Assembly (NCBI GenBank): GCA_963735595.1
Contig: CAVTLK010000005.1
Location: 416,001-480,000 of the forward strand
Length of the DNA: 64,000 bases
Direction: 5' to 3'
Source of the DNA: an uncultured delta proteobacterium
GTDB taxonomy: Bacteria; Desulfobacterota; Zymogenia; Zymogenales; Zymogenaceae
Below the pieces are notes generated by a model. That model searched no databases, was not told where the DNA came from, and was given only the letters and a program-made list of their open reading frames with translations. The position numbers and the translations under genes were made by a program. How positions within the stretch are numbered: the first letter of the stretch is position 1; each line of letters begins with the position of its first letter. Of this stretch, positions 1 through 12,237 are shown piece by piece.

Positions 1-2
1 GC

Positions 3-1937
3 CTTTCGGCGATGACGATCCTGGGGCTCTTCTTCAGCGAAGGGCCGGTGCTCTATTCCGACACCGTCCATGCCGGGGGCCTGGCCGGGGGCGGGCTTGC
101 GCGGATCTTCACGGGCCTCTTCAACACCGCCGGGGCGTTCGTCTTTTCGTCATTGGCGCTGGTACTTTTTCTCGTGCTGTTGTTCGGGATAAGCATGGGG
201 GACGTCGTCAGCAGCGCGGCCTCGGCCGCCTCGGCGTCGGCGCGGTTCCTCGGGGGGCTGATGCGCCGGGAGGCGGTTCGCGTTTCGGACGGCGATGCGC
301 CGGCACGGGGAATAAAGGTAAGAGCGGCATCGAAGCCGCGCGCGGCCGGTGACGAAGACGAAGACGAAGGAGAACGCGCAAACTCCGTTGACGGGCAGGA
401 GGAGGCGCACAGCGCCGAACACCTCCCGCCGGTGATCAAGACCCCCCAGAAGAAGGAGGCCCGGCCCGAAACGCAGAGAGAAGGACATGCCCCGATCGGG
501 TACACGCCGCCCGCGGGCGGCTACCGGCTGCCGCCGATAGAGCTGCTGAAACAATCCGACCACGAAGGGCCGGGTGTCGACCGGGAGGTACTGGTGACGA
601 CGGCCAGGAACCTCGAAAAGAAACTCGCCGATTTCGGTGTCAGTGGGCGGGTGACGGAAGTGCGGCCGGGGCCCATCATCACGCTGTACGAGTTCGAGCC
701 GGCCGCCGGCGAGCGTATAAATAAAATCGCGGCGCTGGCCGACGATATTGCGATGGCGATGTCGGCCTACTCCGTGCGGATTATCGCCCCGATACCGGGC
801 AAAGCGGTGGTCGGGTTCGAAATCCCCAACGAGTCCCGGCAGACCGTCATGATCCGGGACATCATCGATTCGGAGCGCTTCGACCAGTCCAAGTCGCGGC
901 TCTCGTGCGCCATCGGGAAAGACATCTACGGTAACCCCATGGTGGCCGACCTGGCCAAGATGCCGCACCTGCTGGTGGCCGGCGCCACGGGCGCGGGCAA
1001 GAGCGTGTGCATCAACACGATGATCCTCTCGATACTCTACAAGGCGACCCCTCAGGAGGTCCGCTTCCTCCTGATCGACCCGAAGATGCTGGAGCTTTCC
1101 CTCTACGCCGGGATTCCCCACCTGCTGCTTCCGGTGGTGACCGACCCCCGGCAGGCGGCGGTCGCGCTGCGGTGGGTCGTGGAAGAAATGGAGCGCCGCT
1201 ACCGGGTCATGGCCGAGCTCGGCGTGAAGAATATCGCGGGATACAACGCGAAGATCGAGGGGCCGAGGCCCGCGCGCGCCCTGGAAGGGCCGGACTATGA
1301 AAGTATGCCGCTCCTGCTGGTGGTTATCGACGAGCTGGCCGATCTCATGATGACCTCATCCAAGGAGGTGGAGGAATCGATCACCCGGCTTGCCCACATG
1401 GCGCGCGCGGCCGGTATTCACCTTGTGCTTGCGACCCAGCGGCCGTCGGTAAACGTACTGACGGGGGTCATCAAGGCGAATTTTCCCGCCCGGATTTCGT
1501 TCCAGGTGTCCTCCCGGGTCGATTCGCGAACGATTCTCGACACGTCGGGGGCGGAGCACCTGCTGGGGAAGGGGGACATGCTGTTCCTGCCCCCGGCGAC
1601 ATCCAAGCTCATCAGGGTCCACGGGGCCTACGTCTCCGAGGAGGAGATAGGCAAGGTCGTCGGCTTCGTGCGAAGCCAGGGGGCGCCGACGTACGAAGAG
1701 ATCGACCTCGATAGGCCCGAGGACGTCGGCGGCGGTACCGGGGACGACTACGACGAAAAATTCGATGAGGCCGTGGCGCTCGTCGCGGCGACCGGGAAGG
1801 CGTCCATCTCTCTGGTGCAGCGGCATCTGCGCATCGGGTATAACCGGGCCGCCCGGATCATCGAGAAGATGGAGGAGGACGGTATAATTGGGCCTTCCGA
1901 CGGCGTAAAGCCTCGGGAAGTGTTCGTACATAAATAG
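3..1937 (+). CDS. ftsK: DNA translocase FtsK (5' end lies outside the window)
   Basis: Walker A GATGAGKS, IDELADLMM, ATQRPS and C-terminal gamma domain (ASISLVQRHLRIGYNRAARIIE). Frame is open from the window start. Confidence 0.97.
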   Translation, partial: LSAMTILGLFFSEGPVLYSDTVHAGGLAGGGLARIFTGLFNTAGAFVFSSLALVLFLVLLFGISMGDVVSSAASAASASARFLGGLMRREAVRVSDGDAPARGIKVRAASKPRAAGDEDEDEGERANSVDGQEEAHSAEHLPPVIKTPQKKEARPETQREGHAPIGYTPPAGGYRLPPIELLKQSDHEGPGVDREVLVTTARNLEKKLADFGVSGRVTEVRPGPIITLYEFEPAAGERINKIAALADDIAMAMSAYSVRIIAPIPGKAVVGFEIPNESRQTVMIRDIIDSERFDQSKSRLSCAIGKDIYGNPMVADLAKMPHLLVAGATGAGKSVCINTMILSILYKATPQEVRFLLIDPKMLELSLYAGIPHLLLPVVTDPRQAAVALRWVVEEMERRYRVMAELGVKNIAGYNAKIEGPRPARALEGPDYESMPLLLVVIDELADLMMTSSKEVEESITRLAHMARAAGIHLVLATQRPSVNVLTGVIKANFPARISFQVSSRVDSRTILDTSGAEHLLGKGDMLFLPPATSKLIRVHGAYVSEEEIGKVVGFVRSQGAPTYEEIDLDRPEDVGGGTGDDYDEKFDEAVALVAATGKASISLVQRHLRIGYNRAARIIEKMEEDGIIGPSDGVKPREVFVHK

Positions 1938-1952
1938 TAAAAGGAGCCGATT

Positions 1953-2681
1953 GTGAAACGAATAGCAGGCATCTCGATTCTCGTGGGGATCATCGTTGGG
2001 CTTTACGGCATTTCGGCGGCGGCCGAGGAGGGCGTCAATGAGGTTATCGACAAGCTTCAGGCCAACTATGACCGGACGGAGGATTTCTCCGCGACGTTTA
2101 CCCAGGAGACGATTTCCAAGAGCATAGGCGCGCCCGCCGTTATGAACGGGAAGATATATATCAAGAAGCCGGGGATGATGAGGATCGACTATACCGATCC
2201 CAAGAAGTGGCAGATCATCAGCGACGGGGTGACGTCGTGGCTCTATTTCCCGGACGACAAGCAGGTGCGGATCTATAAGACCGCCGAGGCCTTCGAAAAC
2301 GTGCCGTTTTTGAACTTCCTGTTCGGAAAGGGCAGGATATCAGACGATTTTACCGCGTCCTTTGGCGAGCTCGAAAAGAGCGAGGCGGCCAACAGCTACC
2401 TCCTTGTTCTGGCGCCGAAGAGCGCGGATTCCACGATAGACCGCGTCCTTATCCTCGTCTCCAAGAACGAATACCTGATCAAGCAGCTCAATACGTATGA
2501 TGTGCTCGGGGGCGTGATACGGATCGCGTTCAAGGACATCGCGCTCAACTCGGGCCTCAAGGACTCGATGTTCCATTTCATCGTCCCGTCGGGAGTCGAG
2601 ACGTTCAAGATCGAGACAAAGACCCCGCCGAAGGCGAAGGGTAACGTTAAGATCGAAATTATCGAGGACAACGAGAAATAG
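1953..2681 (+). CDS. lolA: Outer-membrane lipoprotein carrier LolA
   Basis: Signal peptide, FSATFTQ, KKPGMMRIDY, IISDG motifs; conserved position after ftsK. Confidence 0.9.
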   Translation: MKRIAGISILVGIIVGLYGISAAAEEGVNEVIDKLQANYDRTEDFSATFTQETISKSIGAPAVMNGKIYIKKPGMMRIDYTDPKKWQIISDGVTSWLYFPDDKQVRIYKTAEAFENVPFLNFLFGKGRISDDFTASFGELEKSEAANSYLLVLAPKSADSTIDRVLILVSKNEYLIKQLNTYDVLGGVIRIAFKDIALNSGLKDSMFHFIVPSGVETFKIETKTPPKAKGNVKIEIIEDNEK

Positions 2682-2704
2682 GTCTGTCCTCCTGTTCCGT
2701 ACGG

Positions 2705-2737
2705 CATGAGGCCCCCGGGGGCCTCATGGCTTTTTTT
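2705..2737 (+). terminator. Intrinsic terminator-like hairpin between lolA and rimO
   Basis: Perfect 24-bp palindrome CATGAGGCCCCCGGGGGCCTCATG followed by GC-T7. Confidence 0.65.
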
Positions 2738-2748
2738 GGGGCCGTGGT

Positions 2749-4056
2749 ATGCGTACCTACTGTATGATCGCCCTGGGGTGCGACAAGAACATCATCGACG
2801 CCGAAACGGCGGCAAAGTGCCTCATCGACCGGGGATTCGTATCCGTGCCGACGCCGGAGGCGGCCGATATCGTTATCGTGCATACGTGCGCCTTTATCGA
2901 CGAGGCCAAGGAGGAATCGATCTCGGTCATCCTGGAGGCGGCGCAGGGAAAGAGGGAGGGCGCCGCCCTCGTGGTGTCCGGCTGCCTGGCCCAGCGCTAC
3001 GCGCAGGAGCTGGCCGAACAGATGCCCGAGGTCGATCTCTTCGTCGGGGTCGGCAGGCACGACCGGATCGCCGACCTGTTGGGGTCCGCGCGGGTCTCGG
3101 TGGGGGAGGCCGGAGAGAGCCCCGTCGATACGAGAAACCGCATCCCGTCCACGCCGCCCTGGTCGGCCTTCGTCAAGGTCTCGGAGGGGTGCGATAACCG
3201 CTGCTCCTATTGCGTTATCCCGTCCATCCGCGGGCCTCTTCAGAGCAGGCCGGTAGGCCATATCATCGAGGAGATTCGCTGGCTCGAAAAACGGGGGCTG
3301 GTGGAGCTCAACCTGATCGCCCAGGACGTCGCCGCGTACGGCGCGGACCTCGGCACTGACGACGGTCTCCCCGGGCTCCTCGAAACGATCCTGGCCGAGA
3401 CCGGCGTGCCGTGGATACGCCTCCTCTATCTCCATCCGGCGCACATCAGCGACCGGCTCATCGGTCTGGTGTCCGACCGCGGCCGTATCCTTAACTATAT
3501 GGATATCCCCATCCAGCATATTAACGACGGGATCCTGTCGGCCATGGGAAGAAGGATCGACCGGGCCGGGATCGTCTCCCTCCTGGAACGGCTCACGAGC
3601 CGGATCGAGGGCCTCTTTTTGCGGACGAGCCTTATCGTCGGTTTTCCGGGCGAGGGAGACAGGGAGTTCGACGAGCTGGCAGACTTTATCGCGGAGGGCC
3701 GTTTTCATCACGTCGGGGTATTCCGGTATTCCCGGGAGGAAACAACACGGGCCATGTCGTTTTCCGGCAGGGTGCCGAAGAATACGGCGAGGAAAAGACG
3801 CGATACGATCATGTCCGTCCAGGAGAAGGTATCCCACTCGCACTATAAGCGCCTCGTCGGCGGCGAGGGGGACGTGCTGGTGGAACGCCCCTACGGGGAG
3901 AAGGGTGCATCACTCGCGGGGCGGTTCTACGGCCAGGCCCCCGAGGTTGACGGCATCGTCGCCGTTTACGAGTCATGCGCGGCGCCGGGAGACATCATCC
4001 GCGTCAGATTTACCTACGCGTATCCCTATGACCTGGCGGCGCGGGCGATCCGATAG
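2749..4056 (+). CDS. rimO: Ribosomal protein S12 methylthiotransferase RimO
   Basis: LGCDKN, TCAFIDEAKEES, radical SAM CDNRCSYC, and TRAM region with QAPEVDG. Confidence 0.95.
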   Translation: MRTYCMIALGCDKNIIDAETAAKCLIDRGFVSVPTPEAADIVIVHTCAFIDEAKEESISVILEAAQGKREGAALVVSGCLAQRYAQELAEQMPEVDLFVGVGRHDRIADLLGSARVSVGEAGESPVDTRNRIPSTPPWSAFVKVSEGCDNRCSYCVIPSIRGPLQSRPVGHIIEEIRWLEKRGLVELNLIAQDVAAYGADLGTDDGLPGLLETILAETGVPWIRLLYLHPAHISDRLIGLVSDRGRILNYMDIPIQHINDGILSAMGRRIDRAGIVSLLERLTSRIEGLFLRTSLIVGFPGEGDREFDELADFIAEGRFHHVGVFRYSREETTRAMSFSGRVPKNTARKRRDTIMSVQEKVSHSHYKRLVGGEGDVLVERPYGEKGASLAGRFYGQAPEVDGIVAVYESCAAPGDIIRVRFTYAYPYDLAARAIR

Positions 4057-4097
4057 GGGCGAGAGCGGCCGGGGGGCCGTTCATTTCTGATTTTTGC

Positions 4098-4125
4098 TTG
4101 ACAAAGAGAAGAAATAGTATATAGT
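4098..4125 (+). promoter_or_regulatory. sigma70 promoter for the dksA operon
   Basis: TTGACA-16-TATAGT in an AT-rich intergenic region. Confidence 0.6.
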
Positions 4126-4209
4126 TTCAAAACTTATTACCGGCATACGCATCAAAAGATAATCGTGCGTTTTCGCCTGTTTCATCTGTCATTATTCAGC
4201 GGAGATAAA

Positions 4210-4659
4210 ATGGACGAAAAGAACAAAGATAAAATGGACGCAAATTACAAAGAGCTGCGGGAATCCCTGCTCAAGACGCGGGAGAGCCTGATAAAAGAGA
4301 TCAAACTGAAGGCCCGGTCCGAGAGCGACGATACCGTAAAGACCGAGGTCGGGGATATATATGATCTGGCCAGCAACGAACGGGACCGGGAGCTCAATCT
4401 CCTGATTTCCGATCGAGAGAGGGAAAAGCTCCTTCAGATAGAGGATGCCATCAACCGGATCGATGATGGCACATACGGGATTTGCGTGGAGTGTGAGTCG
4501 CCCATACCGAAGGAGCGCCTTGTGATCATGCCGTTTGCGCGGCTGTGCGTGAACTGCCAGGCCGAAAACGAGAGATCGAAGACCATGGAAAAGGAGTTCA
4601 AGGAAGAGCGGGAATACCGTAAACTGGCGTTCACCAGCTCGGACGAGGAAGAAGCCTAA
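4210..4659 (+). CDS. dksA: DksA/TraR family C4 zinc-finger protein
   Basis: DIYDLA (DxxDxA) coiled-coil tip, GTYGICVEC...CVNC; GGAG RBS before the ATG at 4210. Confidence 0.9.
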   Translation: MDEKNKDKMDANYKELRESLLKTRESLIKEIKLKARSESDDTVKTEVGDIYDLASNERDRELNLLISDREREKLLQIEDAINRIDDGTYGICVECESPIPKERLVIMPFARLCVNCQAENERSKTMEKEFKEEREYRKLAFTSSDEEEA

Positions 4660-4664
4660 TATCC

Positions 4665-5678
4665 GTGAAAACCACCCATCTCTTGAAGTATATCGTCGGC
4701 GCGGCGGTAATCATTGCTCTCCTCGGCCTCTGGTACGCCAAAAAGGATACGGTCACCGTTAGCGACTCCCGCCTTACCCTGGGGACCGTCGTCGAGATCA
4801 CGCTCATCGGTAACAATAAAGCGGCGCTGGAAGACGCGATGACCGCGGCGTTTGCGCGGATCACCGAGATCGAAATGGTGGCCGACCGATTTACCTCGGA
4901 GAGCGAGATATCGGCCGTCAACCGGAGAAAGACCCCGGCAACAATTGCCGTATCGGCCGACATGCTCAGGATGCTGCTGATCTCCCGGAAGGTCTCCGAC
5001 CTTACGGGCGGCGCGTTTGACGTCACGGTGGCGCCGCTGGTCGACCTATGGGGATTTGACGTCGGCGGAAGGCTGCCTGCGCGCGATGAGATAGAGCGGG
5101 AGCTCTCCCGGGTCGACTACCACCGGGTAGCAATCGACGAGGCTTCGTCAACGATCACGCCCACCGACGGTTCCGTGCGCCTGGAACTGGGCGGTATCGC
5201 CCAGGGATACGCGGCCGGTGAGGTCGAAAGGCTCATCAGGGAACGGGGTATAAAGAGCGGGGTTATTAATATCAGCGGTGATATCGCCGTCATCGGGGAC
5301 AAGAACGGTAAGCCATGGCGGATCGGCGTGCAGGACCCGCGAGACACCGATAAACTGTGCGCCGTCATCAATGCAAAAGATATCGCCATCGTTACCTCCG
5401 GGAACTATGAGCGATGTTTTTTTGTGGACGGCGTGAAGTATCACCACATCCTCAATCCCAAGACGGGATACCCGGCGCGCGGGTGCGCGTCGGTTACGGT
5501 GGTGACGCGGGACGTCGTCATTGCCGACGCGCTATCCACCGCGATCTTCGTCCTCGGCCCGGATGAGGGTATGAAACTCGCCGGGACGCTGGACGGCGTT
5601 GAGGTATTGATCGTTACCGAAGAGGGAGAAATGATCTACTCTCCCGGCCTTTCCACGATCATGGAGCCGGTCGATTGA
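4665..5678 (+). CDS. apbE: FAD:protein FMN transferase ApbE
   Basis: GAFDVTV, LGGIAQGYA, TSGNYER, YHHILNPKTGYP, ADALST motifs. Confidence 0.95.
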   Translation: MKTTHLLKYIVGAAVIIALLGLWYAKKDTVTVSDSRLTLGTVVEITLIGNNKAALEDAMTAAFARITEIEMVADRFTSESEISAVNRRKTPATIAVSADMLRMLLISRKVSDLTGGAFDVTVAPLVDLWGFDVGGRLPARDEIERELSRVDYHRVAIDEASSTITPTDGSVRLELGGIAQGYAAGEVERLIRERGIKSGVINISGDIAVIGDKNGKPWRIGVQDPRDTDKLCAVINAKDIAIVTSGNYERCFFVDGVKYHHILNPKTGYPARGCASVTVVTRDVVIADALSTAIFVLGPDEGMKLAGTLDGVEVLIVTEEGEMIYSPGLSTIMEPVD

Positions 5679-5814
5679 GGATTGCCGGCCGCCGCGGGGG
5701 GATTCCCCTCCCGGCGAGGGGGCCTATCGTCGGCCGGGAACCGTTCTTACGTCCGACCCGGTTTCCCCGTAGAGTTGATGTGATTCCACTATTACCAATT
5801 ATAGAACAGACAGC

Positions 5815-6180
5815 GTGTTTACCCGAGCCGATAAAATCCTCATCATTACACTGATCGTCCTTACGGCGGCTTCCTATCCGGCCATCAGGCACCTTTCGGC
5901 CGGGGCCTCATTCCTTGAGGTCGAGGTGGAGGGGGAGACCGGAATGGTGGTCCGTCTGGACCAGGACCGGGACATTACGGTCGAGGGCAGGCTCGGCGCG
6001 ACAACTATCCGTATTGACGAGAGCGGTGCGCGGTTCATCCAATCGCCCTGCATCGATAAGAAATGCGTCGAGTCGGCCCCGGTCAAGGACGCCGGGGAAA
6101 TAGCGGTCTGCGTTCCGAATCGTGTCATGATCCGGGTCCTCGGTGAAAACCGGGTGAAGACCGATTTCATCTCGCGGTGA
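5815..6180 (+). CDS. NusG domain II (DUF1312)-like membrane-anchored protein
   Basis: N-terminal TM, SPCIDKKCV...VCVPNRV motif. Confidence 0.85.
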   Translation: MFTRADKILIITLIVLTAASYPAIRHLSAGASFLEVEVEGETGMVVRLDQDRDITVEGRLGATTIRIDESGARFIQSPCIDKKCVESAPVKDAGEIAVCVPNRVMIRVLGENRVKTDFISR

Positions 6181-6184
6181 CACG

Positions 6185-6763
6185 ATGAAAGACGTCAGAC
6201 GGCTCGTCATTATTGCCCTTCTTTCCGGCCTCGCGGTGGTGATCTATGCCGTCGAGTCATTCATCCCGACGCCGTCGCCCTGGCTTCGCCTCGGATTTTC
6301 ACACATCATCACCCTTTTTGCCCTCCTGTTTTTCGGGACATCCACGGCCTTTATGGTCTTTTGCATAAGAACGTTCGTGGGATCGCTGATTATCGGTAAG
6401 CTCCTCTCGCCGACGTTTATACTGGGGTTTTTCGGGGGGTGCTCTGCGCTCGCCGTGATGGCCGTAATGGTCGATCTGCTCAGGGGGAGGTGGTTTTCGG
6501 TAGTCGGGATCTCGGTTGCGGGGGCATGGATCAACAACGTCGTGCAGGTCGTGCTTGCCTACCTGGTCTTTATCCGGCACCCCGACATTTTCCTGATCCT
6601 GCCCGCGTTCGGCCTCTTCGCGCTGGGCACCGGCATCGTCAACGGCATCGCCGTCCACTATCTTCAGCGATACGCGGTCGCCGCGTTAGGATTGAAACCA
6701 CGGTTTGCCGGTTGGAACGATTTGAACGGTCCAGACGAAGGGCGCGCTCAGGGAGCGCGGTAG
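6185..6763 (+). CDS. Gx transporter / heptaprenyl diphosphate synthase component I family
   Basis: Hydrophobic, ESFIPTP.PWLRLG, GISVAGA..NNVVQ motifs; typical partner of NusG-II genes. Confidence 0.85.
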   Translation: MKDVRRLVIIALLSGLAVVIYAVESFIPTPSPWLRLGFSHIITLFALLFFGTSTAFMVFCIRTFVGSLIIGKLLSPTFILGFFGGCSALAVMAVMVDLLRGRWFSVVGISVAGAWINNVVQVVLAYLVFIRHPDIFLILPAFGLFALGTGIVNGIAVHYLQRYAVAALGLKPRFAGWNDLNGPDEGRAQGAR

Positions 6764-7896
6764 CCGGTCAGAAACACGCCGAGTCTCTCCACCGCCGCTT
6801 CGATGTTTGTCATCGAATTAGCATAACAGAACCTGATATACCCCTCGGCATTGGCGCCGAAATCGATGCCGGGGGTCACGCCGACACCGGCGCGCTCGAG
6901 TATCTCGAAGGCAAACGAGTAGGAGCTCTTGGTGAACTTCTTCGCGTTGGCCAGGACATAGAAGGCGCCCTGGGGGTCGACGGTGATGCCGAATCCGAGC
7001 GACTTGAGCGCGCCGATCATGTAGCGCCTGCGTTCGTTATAGATGGAGCGCATCCGGTCCACCTCATCGCCCGCCTGGGTCAGCGCGGCGATTCCCGCCC
7101 ACTGGACGAAGGTGTTGGCCGAGATAAAGAAATTCTGCTGCATCTTCTGAATGGGGCGGACGAACTGCTTCGGGGCGATCACGTAGCCGAGGCGCCAGCC
7201 GGTCATGGCATAGCGTTTGGAAAAGCCGTTCATGACAAAGGCGTTGTCGGTGAATTCGAGGATCGAGTGTTCCGTATCCTCGTAGACCAGTCCGTGATAG
7301 ATCTCGTCTGACACGATCGTAGGGCCCATCGCGGCCAGGTCCTTCATCCGGTCGGCCGAAAGGAGGTTACCCGTCGGGTTTGAGGGCGAGTTTATGAGGA
7401 TCGCCTTTGTGTTTGGGCCGAGCCTCCGCTTGACGTCGTCCGGGTCAAGCTGAAAGCCCGCATCCTCGAACACCGGGACGTAGCCGGGCACCGCCTCGAC
7501 ATAGGTGATGAAGTTGGGATAACACGCGTACCCGGGGTCCGAAAGGACGATCTCGTCGCCCGGGTTAAGCAGGGCGGAGAAGACCAGCAGCATCGCCGGG
7601 GATGTCCCGCTGGTAACGATCACCCGGTCCGGAGAGACGACTACCCCGTATCGGGTCCGGTAATCGTCACAGATGGCCTGCCTCAGCTCCAACAGCCCGA
7701 GGCTGTGGGAATACTGGGTTTTACCGTCGGCAAGGGCGGCTACGGCCGCGTCCTTAATGACCGCGGGCGTGTCAAAATCGGGCTCGCCCACCTCGAGGTG
7801 TATGATATCCCTGCCGGATCGTTCCAGCTCCTGGCAGCGCTCCAGCACGTCCATGACGATGAATGGGTTGATCTTCTCGGTCCGGGAAGCGACCAT
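6748..7896 (-). CDS. PLP-dependent aminotransferase class I/II (aspartate aminotransferase-like)
   Basis: GEPDF, NSPSNPTG, SDEIY, SKRYAMTGWRLG. Confidence 0.95.
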   Translation of the reverse strand: MVASRTEKINPFIVMDVLERCQELERSGRDIIHLEVGEPDFDTPAVIKDAAVAALADGKTQYSHSLGLLELRQAICDDYRTRYGVVVSPDRVIVTSGTSPAMLLVFSALLNPGDEIVLSDPGYACYPNFITYVEAVPGYVPVFEDAGFQLDPDDVKRRLGPNTKAILINSPSNPTGNLLSADRMKDLAAMGPTIVSDEIYHGLVYEDTEHSILEFTDNAFVMNGFSKRYAMTGWRLGYVIAPKQFVRPIQKMQQNFFISANTFVQWAGIAALTQAGDEVDRMRSIYNERRRYMIGALKSLGFGITVDPQGAFYVLANAKKFTKSSYSFAFEILERAGVGVTPGIDFGANAEGYIRFCYANSMTNIEAAVERLGVFLTGYRAP

Positions 7897-7899
7897 CGA

Positions 7900-8085
7900 T
7901 TAGCGCTCCTCAAACGACATGCGGATACGAAAGTAGGGCCCGTAGTGGACGCTCGATCCGCTGGGGATAAAGTTGACCCCTGCGATTTCCCACCCCTGCC
8001 CGAGGAATTCCTCGATGTTATCGGTGGTGCGATCGTTGACGGTGATGATCCGGTATATCCACATAGGGGCAATTGGCCTTTTCAA
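7900..8085 (-). CDS. Small hypothetical protein
   Basis: Fills the gap co-directionally and stops 3 bp before the next gene; LGQGWEI motif. True start may be the downstream Met (MWIYR). Confidence 0.45.
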   Translation of the reverse strand: MKRPIAPMWIYRIITVNDRTTDNIEEFLGQGWEIAGVNFIPSGSSVHYGPYFRIRMSFEER

Positions 8086-8172
8086 CCTTTCAAACGGGCG
8101 GCCGTATCATCACGTCCGATCCCGCTCGGGGGAACTAATACGCCTGAATTACGGCGGGATCGGGGATAGTGT

Positions 8173-8646
8173 CTATTTGGCTATCTCGATGTTACCGGCC
8201 CCCTCGTAGGCGACGACCGTATCGCGGAACGAGCCCGGGATCGGCCGCACCGTGTGGGTGGCGGGGTCGGTGAAGACGGAGACGGTGTGTCCCCGGGCGG
8301 CGATGACGTCCCGCTCGGGAACATAGACCACGTACTTCATCCGAAAGCTCGAGTTGCCGAGCCGGTCGATACGGGCGGAAATCTCGATGACATCGTCGAA
8401 AAAGAGGGGGGACAGGAAGGAGCAGCACGATTCGACCATCGCCATGCCGATCCCCTGCCGCTTAACGTCGGCCAGGCGAAGGCCCAGGGAGCGGAAATAC
8501 TCGAACCTTCCTATCTCCAGGTAAGTAAAGAAGCTGATGTTGTTGACGATACCTTCCTGATCGGTATGGGACATCATCACGCGTGAGGATGTCCTGAACC
8601 TGAAATCGGTACGGTCGTCTCTTGCGCGCTCGGCCCGGGATGACAC
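8173..8646 (-). CDS. Acyl-CoA thioesterase (4HBT/YbgC hotdog fold)
   Basis: TDQEGIVNN..F..YLE.GR motif. Confidence 0.9.
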   Translation of the reverse strand: MSSRAERARDDRTDFRFRTSSRVMMSHTDQEGIVNNISFFTYLEIGRFEYFRSLGLRLADVKRQGIGMAMVESCCSFLSPLFFDDVIEISARIDRLGNSSFRMKYVVYVPERDVIAARGHTVSVFTDPATHTVRPIPGSFRDTVVAYEGAGNIEIAK

Positions 8647-8656
8647 GGCTGGGTCG

Positions 8657-9950
<1,294 letters not shown>

Positions 9951-9964
9951 GGTCGTCACCGTTT

Positions 9965-9993
9965 AAAAAAAAAAGGCCGGATGAATCATCCGG
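9965..9993 (-). terminator. Intrinsic terminator after ferredoxin
   Basis: Minus strand GGCCGGATG-att-CATCCGGCC (approximate arms) followed by T10. Confidence 0.8.
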
Positions 9994-10002
9994 CCGGTCT
10001 GA

Positions 10003-10203
<201 letters not shown>

Positions 10204-10351
10204 TTAGGGTGAAAGATAATTTTAAAATAAATCAAGACAACATGCAACACTTTTTTATTTTTCCGCGCGCCTTTTTGCCGCCGCTCTTACAGGCCGGAAG
10301 CTACCGGTACGGGCGGTGGCGCGTCGGCACGTATGATATTGGCCTCGGCGC

Positions 10352-10380
10352 TTGAATTACCGCCGGTCCTGGGGTATACT
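10352..10380 (+). promoter_or_regulatory. sigma70 promoter upstream of glpD
   Basis: TTGAAT-17-TATACT. Confidence 0.55.
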
Positions 10381-10476
10381 ATAGGACAGACGCACGGGCG
10401 GTCCCACCGATTGGGTGGTCTGGCTGATAGGACCCCGGCGCCGAAATCTCCATTAACCGGTTCAAGCGAGGCGGCA

Positions 10477-12151
10477 ATGATACGAGACGTTAAACAGATG
10501 AGCGAGCGTCACTACGACCTGATCATCATCGGCGGCGGCATCACCGGCGCGGCGGTGGCCTGGGACGCGAGCCTGCGCGGGCTCTCCGTGGCGATGTTCG
10601 AAAAGGACGATTTTGCCCACGCGACCAGCGCCGCGACCAGCAAGCTGATCCACGGCGGGCTGCGTTACCTCAAGAACTTCGAGCTGGGCCTCGTGCGCGA
10701 GTCGCTGGCGGAGCGGCGGATCATGGAGATAATCACGCCGCACTTCGTCCACCCGATCCCCTTTATCGTCCCGCTCTACGGCCACGGGATGGAGAGCCGC
10801 CTCCCGTTCCAGGCGGCGCTCTCGGTCTACGACCTGCTCGCCTACGACAAGGAAGACCTCAAGGACAAGGACAAGCGCATCAAGAACCACAGCATCATAT
10901 CGGAAGGCCAGGTCAAGAAGCTCCTGCCGGGCGTCCACACCCACGGCCTCAACGCGGGGGCCGTCTATTACGACTGCCAGATGAGCTGCCCGGAGCGCCA
11001 CGTGCTGGACTTCGTGGCGTCGGCGGCAGACTACGGGGCGGAAGTGGCAAATTACGCCTTAGTTGTCGATATCCTCAAGAACCGCAGCTCCGTGGTCGGG
11101 GTGCGGATCAGGGACCTGACCGACGGCGCCGAATACGAGATCATGGGGCGGGTGGTCATCAACGTCACCGGGCCCTGGGGGGATATCACGCTGGGGATGC
11201 TGCACCGCAAAGACGTGGAAAAACGGCTCATCCGCTCCAAGGGGATACACCTGATCACCCGCTCGCTGACCACGGAATACGGCGCCGTGCTCAGGACCAG
11301 GGACGGGCGGCACTTTTTCATCATCCCGTGGCGGGGGATGTCCCTCATCGGGACCACCGACCGCCTCTACAAGGGCGACCCCGACCATTTCAAGGTCTCC
11401 GAGGAGGATATCCAGGGCCTGGTGGACGACACCAACGAGAACTTCCCCGGCGCAAAGCTCAAGCGCAGCGACGTGCACTATTTTTACGGGGGGCTCAGGC
11501 CCATCGTGGAAAAGGACACCGATATCGACGTCTACGACGCCTCGCGTAAATACGAGATCTACGACCACGAGAAAGACGACAACGTCAAGGGGATCATCAC
11601 GGTCATCGGCGGCAAATACACCACGTCGCGAAACCTCGCCCGGCAGGTCGTGGACATGATCTACACCAAGCTGAAGCAGGAGCCGGCCGAGTGCCTGACC
11701 GACACGACCCCGCTCTACGACGGGGCGACCGGGCCGCTGCGCCGCTATCTCGATAAGGAACTGAAGAAGCACGCCCGGCAGTATAAGGCCGAGGTTATGG
11801 AGAACCTGATCTACCAGTACGGCACGGAGCACGGCAGGGTGCTCTCGGTGGCCGAGAAGGACGAATCGCTCAAGGAAAAGGTGGCCGACAGGAAGGCCGG
11901 ACATCATGGCCGAGGTGAGCTACGCCGTGACCGACGAGATGGCTTTACATCTCGACGACGTGATCTTCCGCAGGACGGGCATGGGCACCATCGGCAACCC
12001 CGGGGATGCGGCGCTCAAACGGTGCGCGGATTTGATGGGGCGGCTGTTGGGCTGGAGCGCGGAGCAGAAGAAAAAGGAGATCGCCTGGGTGAAGACCCAT
12101 TTCGTGCCCATCAAGAAGGACGGGGAGATACCGCCGATAAAGGACGTGTGA
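10477..12151 (+). CDS. glpD: FAD-dependent glycerol-3-phosphate dehydrogenase family (indel near 11895)
   Basis: IGGGITG, ATSKLIHGGLRYL, GGKYTT; C-terminal AEVSYAVTDEMALHLDDVIFRRT is in a shifted frame. Confidence 0.9.
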
Positions 12152-12237
12152 GGGGGTAGGGGAGAGGAGGGGTGTTGCGGCGCTTATTCTCTTGCGTGGC
12201 AAAGGATTTTACATTTTCCATGCCGTAAATCCCCACT

